A DNA stretch of 64,000 nt from an uncultured Verrucomicrobiota bacterium (lineage in GTDB: Bacteria; Verrucomicrobiota; Kiritimatiellia; RZYC01; CAZAYP01), in the NCBI GenBank assembly GCA_964489425.1, contig CAZAYP010000006.1:47802-111801 (forward strand), written 5' to 3'. Positions 35,501 through 42,915 of the stretch are shown one piece after another. The notes beneath the pieces were generated by a model. It did no database searches, was not told the origin of the DNA, and saw nothing but the letters and a program-made list of their open reading frames with translations. The translations under genes were made by a program, and so were the position numbers. The first letter of the stretch is position 1. Each line of letters starts with the position of its first letter.

Positions 35501-38500
35501 TCGCCGCTGGCCGCGGCATCGCAACTCCAGATCCCGGAACTCGCCGCCGGCGTGCCAGTGGCGGGCGACTTCGCGGGCGCCGGCCTCGCCTCCTGGTACA
35601 AGTTCAGCCAGCCGGCCGGCGCGGATTACCTCATGCTGCTGGATGCGGCCACCTCCAACGGCCGCTGCCGGGTGTACGCCGGGTTCAATGCCATGCCCAC
35701 GGACCAGAACTTTGACCAGCGCAGCATCGAGTGGAACTCGGCCGACGCCCGCATGGGCGTCCCGGCCCCCGGCATAGCGCGCACCGTGTACCTGCTGGTC
35801 ATGCCCGAGACCCTGCCCGACGGCCGCGCCGGCTACACCCTGCAGGTCGGCCCGTCGCAGTTTGATCTCAGCCGCATTGACCTGGCCGGCGCGGGCAACG
35901 CGGGCGACGCCACCGCGCCGCTGCGCGGCAGCGGGTTCGCCGCCGACCTGGCCGTCAGCCTGCAGGCCGCCAACGGCGCGACCAACCTCGCCGCGCGCCG
36001 CGTGTTGCGGGAAGATTCCACGCGCGCGCTGGCCACGTTCGCGCTCCTGGGCGCGCCCACCGGGCTGTACCACGTGGTGGCCCAGCAGGGCGGGCTCACC
36101 GCCGTGCTGAGCAACGCGTTCGCCGTGGCCGCCGGCCGGGGCGGCGCGTTCAAGGCTTCCCTGATCATGCCCGCCGCGGTGCGCGTGGGCCGGCCGTTCT
36201 CCGCCATGGTGGAGTTCGCCAACCAGGGCGACGCGGACGTGCCCATCCCGCTGCTCATGATCGAAAGCGCCGCCGGGTACCCGGTGTGGCTGGGCGACCT
36301 CAACACCGAGGACACCGCCACCGTCCTGCAGTTCCCGGCCATGCCGCCCAGCGGCCTGAGCGGCGGCGTGCTGGCGCCGGGCGCGCGCCACAGCGTGGAG
36401 TTCTACTCCAAGCTCACCGCCGGCGGCAGCGCCAGCTACTCGGTGACTTGGATCAACGGCGACAACGCCGATGTGCAGGCGTGGGACGACGTGCGCGACG
36501 GCATGCAGCCGGCGCACGCCGACGCCCTGTGGAGCAATGCCTGGACCCTGCTGACCGCCGAGATCGGCCCGACCGTGGGCGACTACATCGCCGCCCTGGC
36601 GCAAGCCGCGGAGGAAATCCGCGGCTACGGGTACGACTACCTGAGCTCCAGCCTGCTCATGTGGTTCATGATGGAAAAAGCCATGCTCGAGTATCCCGGC
36701 GCATCCCTGGCCGGCACGCTCTGCCTCGACACCACCAACGCGCCGCTGCGCCAGAAGACCCTCACGCTGACCGGCGCCACGGGCGACGTGTACTCGGTGA
36801 TGTCGTGGCACAACGGCGCCTACGCGTTCCGCGACCTGCCCGCGGGCACGTACACCATGACCGTGCCCGGCTACCTGCCCAACCCCATGGGCACGCTCGT
36901 GCTGCCGGCGGCGCTGCGCATGAATATCATGGCCCACCTGGGCGCGCGCATCGCCGGCCTGGTGCAGGCCACCGCCGACAGCGCGGCCATCTCCAACGCC
37001 CAGGTGGTGGCCTCGGCCCTGGCCGGCGGCGCGCGCTACATCGCCGCCACGGACGATTCCGGCCGCTACGCGCTGGATGCGCTTGAAGCCGGAGACTACT
37101 TCGTGTCGTGTTCGGCGGCCGACTATGTGCCTTCGGACGTTTTGACGGTGACGGCCGCGACCGGGACCGTCACCACGCTGAGCTTCTCGCTCGCGTCCGG
37201 CGGCACGGCGCGCGGCCAGGTCCTTTCCCCGTGGCTCGGTCCGGCCACCAACGCCACGGTCAGCTTCATGTCCGGCACCAACGGCAGCACCCTCGCCAAG
37301 TCGGTCCAGACCGACACCGGCGGCTGGTACCGCGCGCGCGGCCTGGCGGCCGGGCTGTGGACCGTCATCGCCACCGCGCCCCTGGAGGGGTCCGGACAGC
37401 TGACCGGGGTGAGCGTGGCTGAGCGCGCCACCACCGACGTGGCCGCGATCCAGCTCGGTTTTGCCGCCGGCCTTACCGGCCGCGTGACCAGCGCCGCCAC
37501 CGGCCTGCCGCTGGCCGGCGCGCGCGTGGGCGTGGACTCGCCGATGAGCGTCCTCGCGCCCAACATCGCCAACAGCCAGGGGTTCTACGCCTTCGCCGGG
37601 GTCACGCCCGGCTCGCAGACCGTGTGGTGCGCGGCCGACGGCTACTTCCAGGAACTGCGCTCCGTCAACCTGCCCACTGGCGGCGTGGTCGGCGCGAGCT
37701 TCGCGCTGCGCCAGGCCGGCCGCGTGGCCGGCACGCTGCGCGCGGGCGACGGCTCGCTCATGCCGTTCATGAGCATCACCCTCTCCACCACCAACGGCAC
37801 CCTGGTCATGACCAACACCGACGCGAATGGCCAGTTCGACTTCTCCGGCCTGCCGGACGCCACGTTCGTGCTCTCGATCGGCGGGGTCAACGGGTTCATG
37901 GTCGGCCGCCAGACGTTCAACCTGAACGCCGCCACCAACCAGTACCTGAGCCTCACCATCCAGCCCGCCGGCGCGCTGCTGAAAGGCCGCGTGTGGCTGG
38001 CGGGCGGCGTCACCCCGGCGGCCACCGCCCGCGTGGACGTGGTGCGCAACGGGCAGTCGTGGGGCAGCACGTTCACCGACAGCCAGGGCCGTTACGCCTT
38101 CTACGCCTTGCAGACCGGCCGCGTGGACATCACCGCGTGGCTGCCATCCGGCGGCGTGGCCCTGCGGCCCGGCGTGGACATCCCGGCCACGGGCAGCCGC
38201 ACCGGGCTGGACTGCACCGCGGCCAGTGGGGTGTTGCGCGTCAGTTGCGTGAATGCCGTGGGCAGCCTGGCGGTCACCAACGGCCGGCTGGTGCTGCAGC
38301 CCGGCGCGGCGTTCCCCGCGGACTACCGCCTGCTGGCCGCGCTGAACAGCGCCGGCCAGGCGACCTTCAGCAACCTCGTGCAAACTTCGGCAACGTTGTG
38401 GGTGACCGCGCCCGGGTTCTCCGGCATCGCCACCAACCTGGTCGTGGGCGCGGGCGGGCCGCCCCGCACGCTGACCCTGGCCGCGGGCGCCAGCCTGTCC

Positions 38501-40846
38501 GGCTATGTGCGCGACGCCACCGGCAAGGGGCTGGGCGCCGCCATGGTCACCCTGACCCACGCCGGCACCCGCCAAAGCTTCGGCGCCAAAACCAGCGCGG
38601 ATGGCGCCTTCCTCCTTGATGCGCTCACCCCGGGCACGTACGAGGCCTGGTTCTTCGACAGCGTCCGCTGCCCGGCGCGCCTCACCAACGTCGTGGTCCG
38701 CGCCGGCCTGACCACCTGGCAGGACGCCACCCTGGCCGCCAGCGGCGCCACGCTGTACGGCCGGGTCGGCAGCGGTGCCGGCACGCCGGCGGGCGGCGCG
38801 CGCGTCACGGCCCTGGACGCTGCCGGATTCGCGATCTTCACGACCATGGCCGACAGCGCCGGCCAGTATGTGCTGACCCGGTTGCCGGACGCGATCACCG
38901 TCAACGTCGCGGCCGACGGCATGGCCGCGGCCCAGCAGGTGGTCAGCTTCGGCGGCGGCGGCTCCGCCACCCAGAACTTCGCCCTGGCCACGGCCACGGT
39001 GCTCGCCCTGGACCCGGAGAGCGGCGGCCTGCGGTTTGCCCGCGGCGCGCCAACCCAGCCCAGCGGGTTCTCCGACTGGTGGAACTCCACCAGCGACTTC
39101 TGGACCAGCCTGCCGCGGCCCTGGCGCAACAACCTCTACCCGGACACGCCCGAGTGGCGCAACTCGTACCTGAGCATCCGGCCGGTGAACGCCAACTGCC
39201 TGGCCTACTTGAATGCCATGGCCGCGGCCAACTTCACGCTGCGCCACGTGGACGAGGATTTCGCCACCTGGGAACTGTCCTACGAGGCCTTGAAGGAGCT
39301 GAACAAGTCCAACATGAAGCTGCTGGCCGCGCGCATGACCGGCCTGGCCGCCAAGCTGGCGGCCTTCGCGGTGACCCTGGAATCCGCCGGCCCGGTGCTG
39401 GCTTCCTACAGCGTGGTGGCGGGCGAGGCGGAGATCGTCGCCGTGGCCGGCATGACCATCGGCCTGGTCGCCAACAGCGTGCAAAACACGATCAACGCCA
39501 TTAACGACAAGGACTTCAGCGCCGCGGAAGCGTTCATCATGACCATGGGCGATCTGCTCTCCGGCATGGCCGACACCGTGGCGTTCGGCGGCTCACCCTA
39601 TGCCGGGACTTTGTGGCTGGTGATCTCCGCAGGCAAAGACGTTGTTGACACCTACGGCGACATCAAGGAAGGCCTGCGCGACAACATGAACGGGATCCAG
39701 GGCTATAACAATGCCAAGTATCTCTACTGGAACGCGGTGGGGGCCCATGATTATAACATGCAGAAGGTGCGCGCCGCGGCGCAGCAGGACTGCCCCAACT
39801 GCAAGGACAGCTGCATCCCCTGCCCGCCGCGCATCACGCCGCCTCCTCCTCCCCCGCCGCCCAACCCCTGCTGCGGCAAGCCCCAGCCCTGCCCGCCGCC
39901 CTGTCGCGGTTGCCCGCCCGGCGGCGGTGGCGGCGGCGGCACCACCGGCTCCGGGAGCTGGGACCCGAACGACAAGTTGACCATCGGCTATGGCTCCGCC
40001 GGCTACATCGCCGACGGCACGCGGCTGCTCTACACCATCCGGTTCGAGAACCGCACCAACGCCACGGCGCCGGCGCAGATGGTGGTCGTGACCGACGGCC
40101 TGAGCACCAACCTCGACTGGAGCACGTTGGAACTGGGCGCCGTGGGCTTCAACAACGTGGACGTCGGGGTGCCGGCCGGCCTGCAATCGTTCGTCACCAA
40201 CAATATTGCCGTGGCCACGGACCCATACCCCGTGCGCGTGACCGCGGCCTTTGACCAGGACAGCGGCCTGCTCAGCTGGACGATCGAGTCCGTTGATCCG
40301 GTCAGCGGCGGCGTGCCGGCCGATCCCCTGGCCGGGTTCCTGCCGCCCAACGACACCAACCACGTGGGCGAAGGCTATGTTTCGTTTAGCATCCGGCCGC
40401 GCAGCAACCTGGTGAGCGGCGCGTCCATGATGAACTGGGCGCGGATCGTGTTCGACCAGAACGCGGCCATTGACACGCCCATGGTGACCAACATCCTCGA
40501 CATCGCCGCGCCCACCAGCACGGTCGAGCGCCTGCCGGAGAAGTCCCGCTCCGTGTTCACCGTGAGCTGGAGCGGGTCGGACAACGGCGGCTCCGGCATC
40601 GTGGCCTACGACGTGTACGTGCGCAAGGATCAGGATGCGTACACCCTGCGCTGGACCGGCTCCGCCACCAGCGGCATCTTCACCGGCGAGGTGGATTCCA
40701 CCTACGCGTTCTACAGCATCGCCACCGACGGCGTGGGCTACCGCCAGGTCGAGCGGCGGCAGGCCGGCGGCGAAATCGACCCGGACACGATCACCACGAT
40801 CCAGGAACTGACGCCGCTGCCCTGGCTGATGCTGCTGCTGGAGTAG
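29594..40846 (+). CDS. Giant (3750 aa) secreted multidomain surface protein. In order: signal peptide, 5 x 260-aa Gly-rich beta-solenoid repeats, pectate-lyase-like beta-helix, CARDB, PPC-like domain, about 13 carboxypeptidase-regulatory-like Ig domains, an alpha-helical hydrophobic module, a Cys/Pro-rich linker, then DUF11-like and Fn3-like domains.
   Basis: The ATG at 29594 has GGGAGA upstream. The signal is MNKSALRCAAVTTILAVSGLCLGLPAAAV. The repeat anchor GKGYL recurs every 780 nt. The beta-helix part contains IFFTSLNDDSVGGDTNMD..PQPGDWRG and IIFTSENDDSAAGDSNRNGD..PGAGDWNW. The CARDB-like segment is LDLVVDRVDGPAQLVAGTTATVTWVLGNIGAG. CarboxypepD_reg-like units have the form G.V.....G.P...A.V......Y.A.TD..G.Y.L..L..G.Y. 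The C-terminal region contains SWDPNDK...LLYTIRFENRTNATAPAQMVVVTD. Confidence 0.9.
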   Translation: MNKSALRCAAVTTILAVSGLCLGLPAAAVTVTFTNATAISAGNLAYEGYDVVVAPCTVTIDGAHAFNSLTIRSNGIVTHPACTATSVYSLALTLAGSLAIDAGGKIDVVGKGYLPNRTVGNSTNNAATGWSGGSHGGLGYSYSGISGAAYDEYRNPLYPGAGGGGTSAGGGVIRIQAAQATVNGLINANGSLQGSYGSGAGGSIRLDVGTLSGGGLISANGGNAAGNSGAGGGGRVAVYHTTCAMSSTQITAYAGHEAGLHQGAAGTVYYQSSGQPGELRIFNDGLPVGMYTPLGVTNDTSFVAEKLMVSGTGVVVQTDHQMPIRIGTLVLTNWAQLTHAAATAGAEYSLDLTVSNALLIAWNGAIDVVGKGYLPNRTVGNSTNNAATGWSGGSHGGLGYSYSGISGAAYDEYRNPLYPGAGGGGTSAGGGVIRIQAAQATVNGLINANGSLQGSYGSGAGGSIRLDVGTLSGGGLISANGGNAAGNSGAGGGGRVAVYHTTCAMSSTQITAYAGHEAGLHQGAAGTVYYQSSGQPGELRIFNDGLPVGMYTPLGVTNDTSFVAEKLMVSGTGVVVQTDHQMPIRVGSLVLTNGAQLTHPAATAGAEYGLDLTASNVLVVALNSSIDVIGKGYLPGRTIGNTTTNAATGWSGGSHGGLGYAYNGVCGIAFDDYRDPASPGAGSSGTSAGGGVIRIQAPQVVVSGRIIANGACVGSFGGGAGGSIRLDVGALSGNGLISANGGHAAGNSGGGGGGRIALYYTTCAMSSTQITAYAGHEVGLHQGAAGTVYYQSSGQPGELRIFNDGLPVGMYTPLGVPGAEAFTANRLFVSGSGVVVQAEHQMPIQVADLVLTNQAVLTHPDATVSAAYYVDLVVSNRLVLSADSRIDALGKGYLAGRTKGNSTVNAATGWSGGSHGGLGFSYNGTSGAAYDDYRNPLYPGAGGAGTSAGGGVIRIQAQQALVHGQISANGSVQGSYGAGAGGAIRMDVGTLSGSGWITANGGNATGNSGAGGGGRIALYYTVNTMSPTQVTVYAGNEGGAHVGAAGTIYLKPAAGRSELRVVGDGLATAMYTPLGAEGDDGFTADLLTLSGSNVMAAPAANFPVRMQDLVLGPGTVLAHRPTTALAVYSLNLQVSNALAIATGARLDVTGRGYLVGRTFGNVTEGASSGYSGGSHGGRGFSYYGTSAATYGDRYYPVYPGSGGAGSGPGGGVACVRALLVTNDGVIAANGGTGVGAGGGGGGSLILDVGRLAGSGRVTVNGGNDPSGGGGGGGRLAIYYWDAITSPTTNCTANPGQMNTWAAGQTGTVWISGSPFFTWILENPLLHGVESLQWDSLGLNPTAGVVVTCSAFVDGMEYAIAQAQPGGGALTWDTANVPDGQYELRATFAAADGSLLGAAATNVLVNNSVIWHSGTITGAEVWASGTVHVVEGHFTIASNAVITVAAGAVVKFSPDVQFTIAKGGTLIANGVAGGQIFFTSLNDDSVGGDTNMDADRSRPQPGDWRGFIVQTGGTFTYNDQAIMRYLRMDHSGTVAANESWLGTALHQVTGNLTLNAGVSVTILPGAVVKVATNCGITAQAGAALFAHGTVAQPIIFTSENDDSAAGDSNRNGDATRPGAGDWNWILFNSATGSFDHCRFYYGGGPAAGGWGPAGGPGKATIKTAGASVLDFNNSLVRDSFYDGLLCWGGPVTVRSSVFKGIDRAICAHPGSPVTVRNCTLDNNGVGLLIHGGSLDVANTLVANSIRQGILHDYSTDALTIRYSCLWNLTNAEGTAYWNVGTNGNISVDPKFKSPTNDSYQLNFGSPCIDAADGLLAPATDYMDAPRYTDPRSPHTGIACTNGEYADIGAFEFVENADSDLDLVVDRVDGPAQLVAGTTATVTWVLGNIGAGTVNGAWHDEVALIPDTPTRDVSKVVAANVLVSAIVGPGGKQTVTAAVRVPGGTEGTWRWQVTANAQAEVFEGRNWRNNASPLAAASQLQIPELAAGVPVAGDFAGAGLASWYKFSQPAGADYLMLLDAATSNGRCRVYAGFNAMPTDQNFDQRSIEWNSADARMGVPAPGIARTVYLLVMPETLPDGRAGYTLQVGPSQFDLSRIDLAGAGNAGDATAPLRGSGFAADLAVSLQAANGATNLAARRVLREDSTRALATFALLGAPTGLYHVVAQQGGLTAVLSNAFAVAAGRGGAFKASLIMPAAVRVGRPFSAMVEFANQGDADVPIPLLMIESAAGYPVWLGDLNTEDTATVLQFPAMPPSGLSGGVLAPGARHSVEFYSKLTAGGSASYSVTWINGDNADVQAWDDVRDGMQPAHADALWSNAWTLLTAEIGPTVGDYIAALAQAAEEIRGYGYDYLSSSLLMWFMMEKAMLEYPGASLAGTLCLDTTNAPLRQKTLTLTGATGDVYSVMSWHNGAYAFRDLPAGTYTMTVPGYLPNPMGTLVLPAALRMNIMAHLGARIAGLVQATADSAAISNAQVVASALAGGARYIAATDDSGRYALDALEAGDYFVSCSAADYVPSDVLTVTAATGTVTTLSFSLASGGTARGQVLSPWLGPATNATVSFMSGTNGSTLAKSVQTDTGGWYRARGLAAGLWTVIATAPLEGSGQLTGVSVAERATTDVAAIQLGFAAGLTGRVTSAATGLPLAGARVGVDSPMSVLAPNIANSQGFYAFAGVTPGSQTVWCAADGYFQELRSVNLPTGGVVGASFALRQAGRVAGTLRAGDGSLMPFMSITLSTTNGTLVMTNTDANGQFDFSGLPDATFVLSIGGVNGFMVGRQTFNLNAATNQYLSLTIQPAGALLKGRVWLAGGVTPAATARVDVVRNGQSWGSTFTDSQGRYAFYALQTGRVDITAWLPSGGVALRPGVDIPATGSRTGLDCTAASGVLRVSCVNAVGSLAVTNGRLVLQPGAAFPADYRLLAALNSAGQATFSNLVQTSATLWVTAPGFSGIATNLVVGAGGPPRTLTLAAGASLSGYVRDATGKGLGAAMVTLTHAGTRQSFGAKTSADGAFLLDALTPGTYEAWFFDSVRCPARLTNVVVRAGLTTWQDATLAASGATLYGRVGSGAGTPAGGARVTALDAAGFAIFTTMADSAGQYVLTRLPDAITVNVAADGMAAAQQVVSFGGGGSATQNFALATATVLALDPESGGLRFARGAPTQPSGFSDWWNSTSDFWTSLPRPWRNNLYPDTPEWRNSYLSIRPVNANCLAYLNAMAAANFTLRHVDEDFATWELSYEALKELNKSNMKLLAARMTGLAAKLAAFAVTLESAGPVLASYSVVAGEAEIVAVAGMTIGLVANSVQNTINAINDKDFSAAEAFIMTMGDLLSGMADTVAFGGSPYAGTLWLVISAGKDVVDTYGDIKEGLRDNMNGIQGYNNAKYLYWNAVGAHDYNMQKVRAAAQQDCPNCKDSCIPCPPRITPPPPPPPPNPCCGKPQPCPPPCRGCPPGGGGGGGTTGSGSWDPNDKLTIGYGSAGYIADGTRLLYTIRFENRTNATAPAQMVVVTDGLSTNLDWSTLELGAVGFNNVDVGVPAGLQSFVTNNIAVATDPYPVRVTAAFDQDSGLLSWTIESVDPVSGGVPADPLAGFLPPNDTNHVGEGYVSFSIRPRSNLVSGASMMNWARIVFDQNAAIDTPMVTNILDIAAPTSTVERLPEKSRSVFTVSWSGSDNGGSGIVAYDVYVRKDQDAYTLRWTGSATSGIFTGEVDSTYAFYSIATDGVGYRQVERRQAGGEIDPDTITTIQELTPLPWLMLLLE
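29790..33540 (+). repeat. Five in-frame tandem copies of a 780-bp (260-codon) unit inside the giant CDS. Copies 1 and 2 share a 638-bp perfect match.
   Basis: The anchor ggcaa(g/a)ggct / ggccgcgggt (G-K/R-G-Y) occurs at 29921, 30701, 31481, 32261 and 33041, an exact 780-nt period. Segment 29912-30549 is identical base-for-base to 30692-31329; the first mismatches are at 29911/30691 and 30550/31330. Copy 3 has long near-identical runs, for example around 31875-32040 versus 31095-31260. Confidence 0.9.
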
Positions 40847-40927
40847 GCCCCCGGTGCGCCCGTCGCGGCCGTTCCGCGGGGCCAGGCATGGTCGGCGCCT
40901 TCGGCCGGGACCAGCCCTCACGCCACG

Positions 40928-40969
40928 ATGGTTGCCGCTTGACAACCATAATGATTCCATTATGGTTGT
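40928..40969 (+). promoter_or_regulatory. Putative sigma70-type promoter with an overlapping palindromic operator for vapBC
   Basis: TTGACA (40939-40944), a 16-nt spacer, then TATGGT (40961-40966), ending 6 nt before the vapB ATG region. A perfect 12-bp inverted repeat acaaccataatg / cattatggttgt (40942-40953 and 40958-40969) is present. A third half-site, atggttg, lies at 40928-40934. Confidence 0.5.
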
Positions 40970-40972
40970 GGC

Positions 40973-41212
40973 ATGAGCACCATCACGATCAAAGATATCC
41001 CGCCCGCTGTGCACCGCACGTTGAAGGCGCGCGCGGCGGCGCATGGCCGCAGCCTGAACAAGGAAATCATCGCGACCCTGGAAAGCAACGTGCGCGTCGT
41101 CCCCCTGGATGCCGCGGCGATCGGCCAACGTGCCCGCGCCGTCCGGGAAACGATGGGGGTGTATATTACCCAGAAAGAACTAGCGGCCTTGAAGACCGAG
41201 GGCCGGCCGTGA
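40973..41212 (+). CDS. vapB: Ribbon-helix-helix (Arc/FitA/VapB-like) antitoxin
   Basis: MSTITIKDIPPAVHRTLKARAAAHGRSLNKEIIATLE is a typical RHH antitoxin N-terminus. The stop overlaps the PIN gene GTG start (GTGA). Confidence 0.75.
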   Translation: MSTITIKDIPPAVHRTLKARAAAHGRSLNKEIIATLESNVRVVPLDAAAIGQRARAVRETMGVYITQKELAALKTEGRP

Positions 41213-41622
41213 TTGCGGTGGATGTCAATTGCCTGGCTTATCTTTGGATTCCCGGAGACCTCACCGCGCTGGCCGAAAAGGCGTTGTTGCGCGATCCGCA
41301 CTGGGTCTCGGCGATCTTGTGGCGCTCCGAGTTCCGCAATATATTGGCCGGATATCTGCGGCGCGGCCAGCTGGATCGCTCCGCAGCCGCTCGCTGTCTC
41401 TCCGGCGCCGAAACGCAGATGGCCGGGGGCGAATATATCGTGCCGTCTGAACTGGTTATGCGCAAGGTCGCCACCTCCTCTTGTACGGCTTATGATTGCG
41501 AGTATGTCGCGCTCGCTGAAGATCTGAAGGTGAAGTTAATTACGTCCGATCGGGACATTTTGCGGGCATTCCCCCGGTTGACCCTGAGCATGAAAGCTTT
41601 TGCTGAAGCGGAGCGGATTTGA
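41209..41622 (+). CDS. vapC: PIN-domain ribonuclease toxin VapC
   Basis: GTG start at 41209. VIAVDVNCLAY carries the first acidic PIN residue. TAYDCEYVALAEDLKVKLITSDRDIL carries the later D/E and T.D motifs. About 137 aa. Confidence 0.8.
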   Translation: MIAVDVNCLAYLWIPGDLTALAEKALLRDPHWVSAILWRSEFRNILAGYLRRGQLDRSAAARCLSGAETQMAGGEYIVPSELVMRKVATSSCTAYDCEYVALAEDLKVKLITSDRDILRAFPRLTLSMKAFAEAERI

Positions 41623-42911
41623 TGGCGACTTGCGCTGAAGCAAAAACATGGCGCCTATCGACAGGTGTTACTTTGCAGAAAACATTACCAACAGGACAAG
41701 CTAAAGCGCCCCTCCTTCGCAAGGCGGGGTGGCCGCAGGCCGGGGTGGTTGTGTCTGGTCACGCGGGTGGAGCAACAGCAGGCGGGGACGCCTGCGCCAC
41801 GCCGACGAGGGACACCAGCCGGCGGGGACGCCTGCGTTACGCCGGCGCAGCCCTGTTGCTGGCCTGGCTGCTGGCCGGGTGCGTGGCGCCGCCACGCCCG
41901 GCGCCCGGGCCGCAACCACCGGTCGTGATTCGCCCCCAACCACCGCCGCGACCCACGCCGGCCACTTGGCCGCGGCCAACCCCGGTACCGGACGTGCCTG
42001 CATGGGAACCGCCGCCCCCGACCCCGACCCCGGCGCCGGCGCCGGAACTCACCGCCGAGCAGTTCCGCCACAACCTGGCCTGCCAGGTGCTGCTGGATCG
42101 CGCCAACTTCTCGGCTGGTTGCGCGGATGGCAAGGTGGGGCCCAAGACCAGCGCCGCGCTGCGCGCGTGGCAGGCGGCCAAAGGGGTGCCTGTCACGGGC
42201 GAGTTGGATGCCGCCTCTCTCGCGCGACTGGGCCCGCTGGAAAGCGCCCTGACCAACTACACCGTGACCGCGGAGGACATCGCCTCCCTGGGCCGGGTGC
42301 CGTCCGGGTGGCTGGAAAAATCGCAGCTAGCCGCGCTGCCATACCAGACGGTATTGGAGTTGGTGGCGGAAACCGGCCACGCCAGCGAAGGGGCGATCCG
42401 CCGCCTGAACCCTGACGCGGACTGGCCCGACCCGCCGCCCGGCGTCGTGCTGACCATTCCGCATCCCGGGAACAACCGCGTGCGGCCGGCCGCCAACCTG
42501 CGCGTGAGCGTGGGCGCGAAAACCATCACGGCCTATGATGCCGCCGGGAAAATGATCGCCCTGTTCCCGTGTTCGATTGCGCGTGGCAAACTCAGCGCAC
42601 TGGTCGGAACAACTTTGCGCGTGGTGAACGCAGCCGACAACCCCACGTACACGTTTGATTCCGATCTGTTCCGCGAAGACCCCGAAGCCTATGCGCTGCA
42701 CCGCAACCTATTGATCCCCCCAGGCCCCAACAACCCGGTGGGCGTGGCGTGGATCGGGCTCGACAAGCCGGGTTACGGTATCCACGGCACGCCGCGGCCG
42801 GAAGACATCGGCAAGACCGAGTCGCACGGGTGCCTGCGGCTGGCAAACTGGAACGCGCAGAAGCTGATCAAGATGGTCACCGCCGGCACGCCGGTGCTGA
42901 TTGTGCCGTAA
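41622..42911 (+). CDS. L,D-transpeptidase (YkuD domain) with a peptidoglycan-binding domain; probable lipoprotein
   Basis: Contains HGTPRPEDIGKTESHGCLRLANWN, the YkuD catalytic motif. A PG_binding_1-like segment (GKVGPKTSAALRAWQAAKGVPVTGELD) and the lipobox-like LLLAWLLAGC are present, followed by a Pro-rich linker. The true start is uncertain: TTG 41619, ATG 41622 or an internal GTG near 41744-41750. Confidence 0.85.
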   Translation: MATCAEAKTWRLSTGVTLQKTLPTGQAKAPLLRKAGWPQAGVVVSGHAGGATAGGDACATPTRDTSRRGRLRYAGAALLLAWLLAGCVAPPRPAPGPQPPVVIRPQPPPRPTPATWPRPTPVPDVPAWEPPPPTPTPAPAPELTAEQFRHNLACQVLLDRANFSAGCADGKVGPKTSAALRAWQAAKGVPVTGELDAASLARLGPLESALTNYTVTAEDIASLGRVPSGWLEKSQLAALPYQTVLELVAETGHASEGAIRRLNPDADWPDPPPGVVLTIPHPGNNRVRPAANLRVSVGAKTITAYDAAGKMIALFPCSIARGKLSALVGTTLRVVNAADNPTYTFDSDLFREDPEAYALHRNLLIPPGPNNPVGVAWIGLDKPGYGIHGTPRPEDIGKTESHGCLRLANWNAQKLIKMVTAGTPVLIVP

Positions 42912-42915
42912 GCCG

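Noticed and set aside
29573-39484. Minus-strand ORFs of 586 aa (29573-31333) and 2700 aa (31382-39484) opposite the giant gene
   Set aside because: These are antisense artefacts with the same Arg/Ala/Gly-rich composition. The 586-aa ORF merely mirrors the 780-bp tandem repeat. The plus-strand frame has a signal peptide and many recognisable domains (CARDB, CarboxypepD_reg-like, Fn3).
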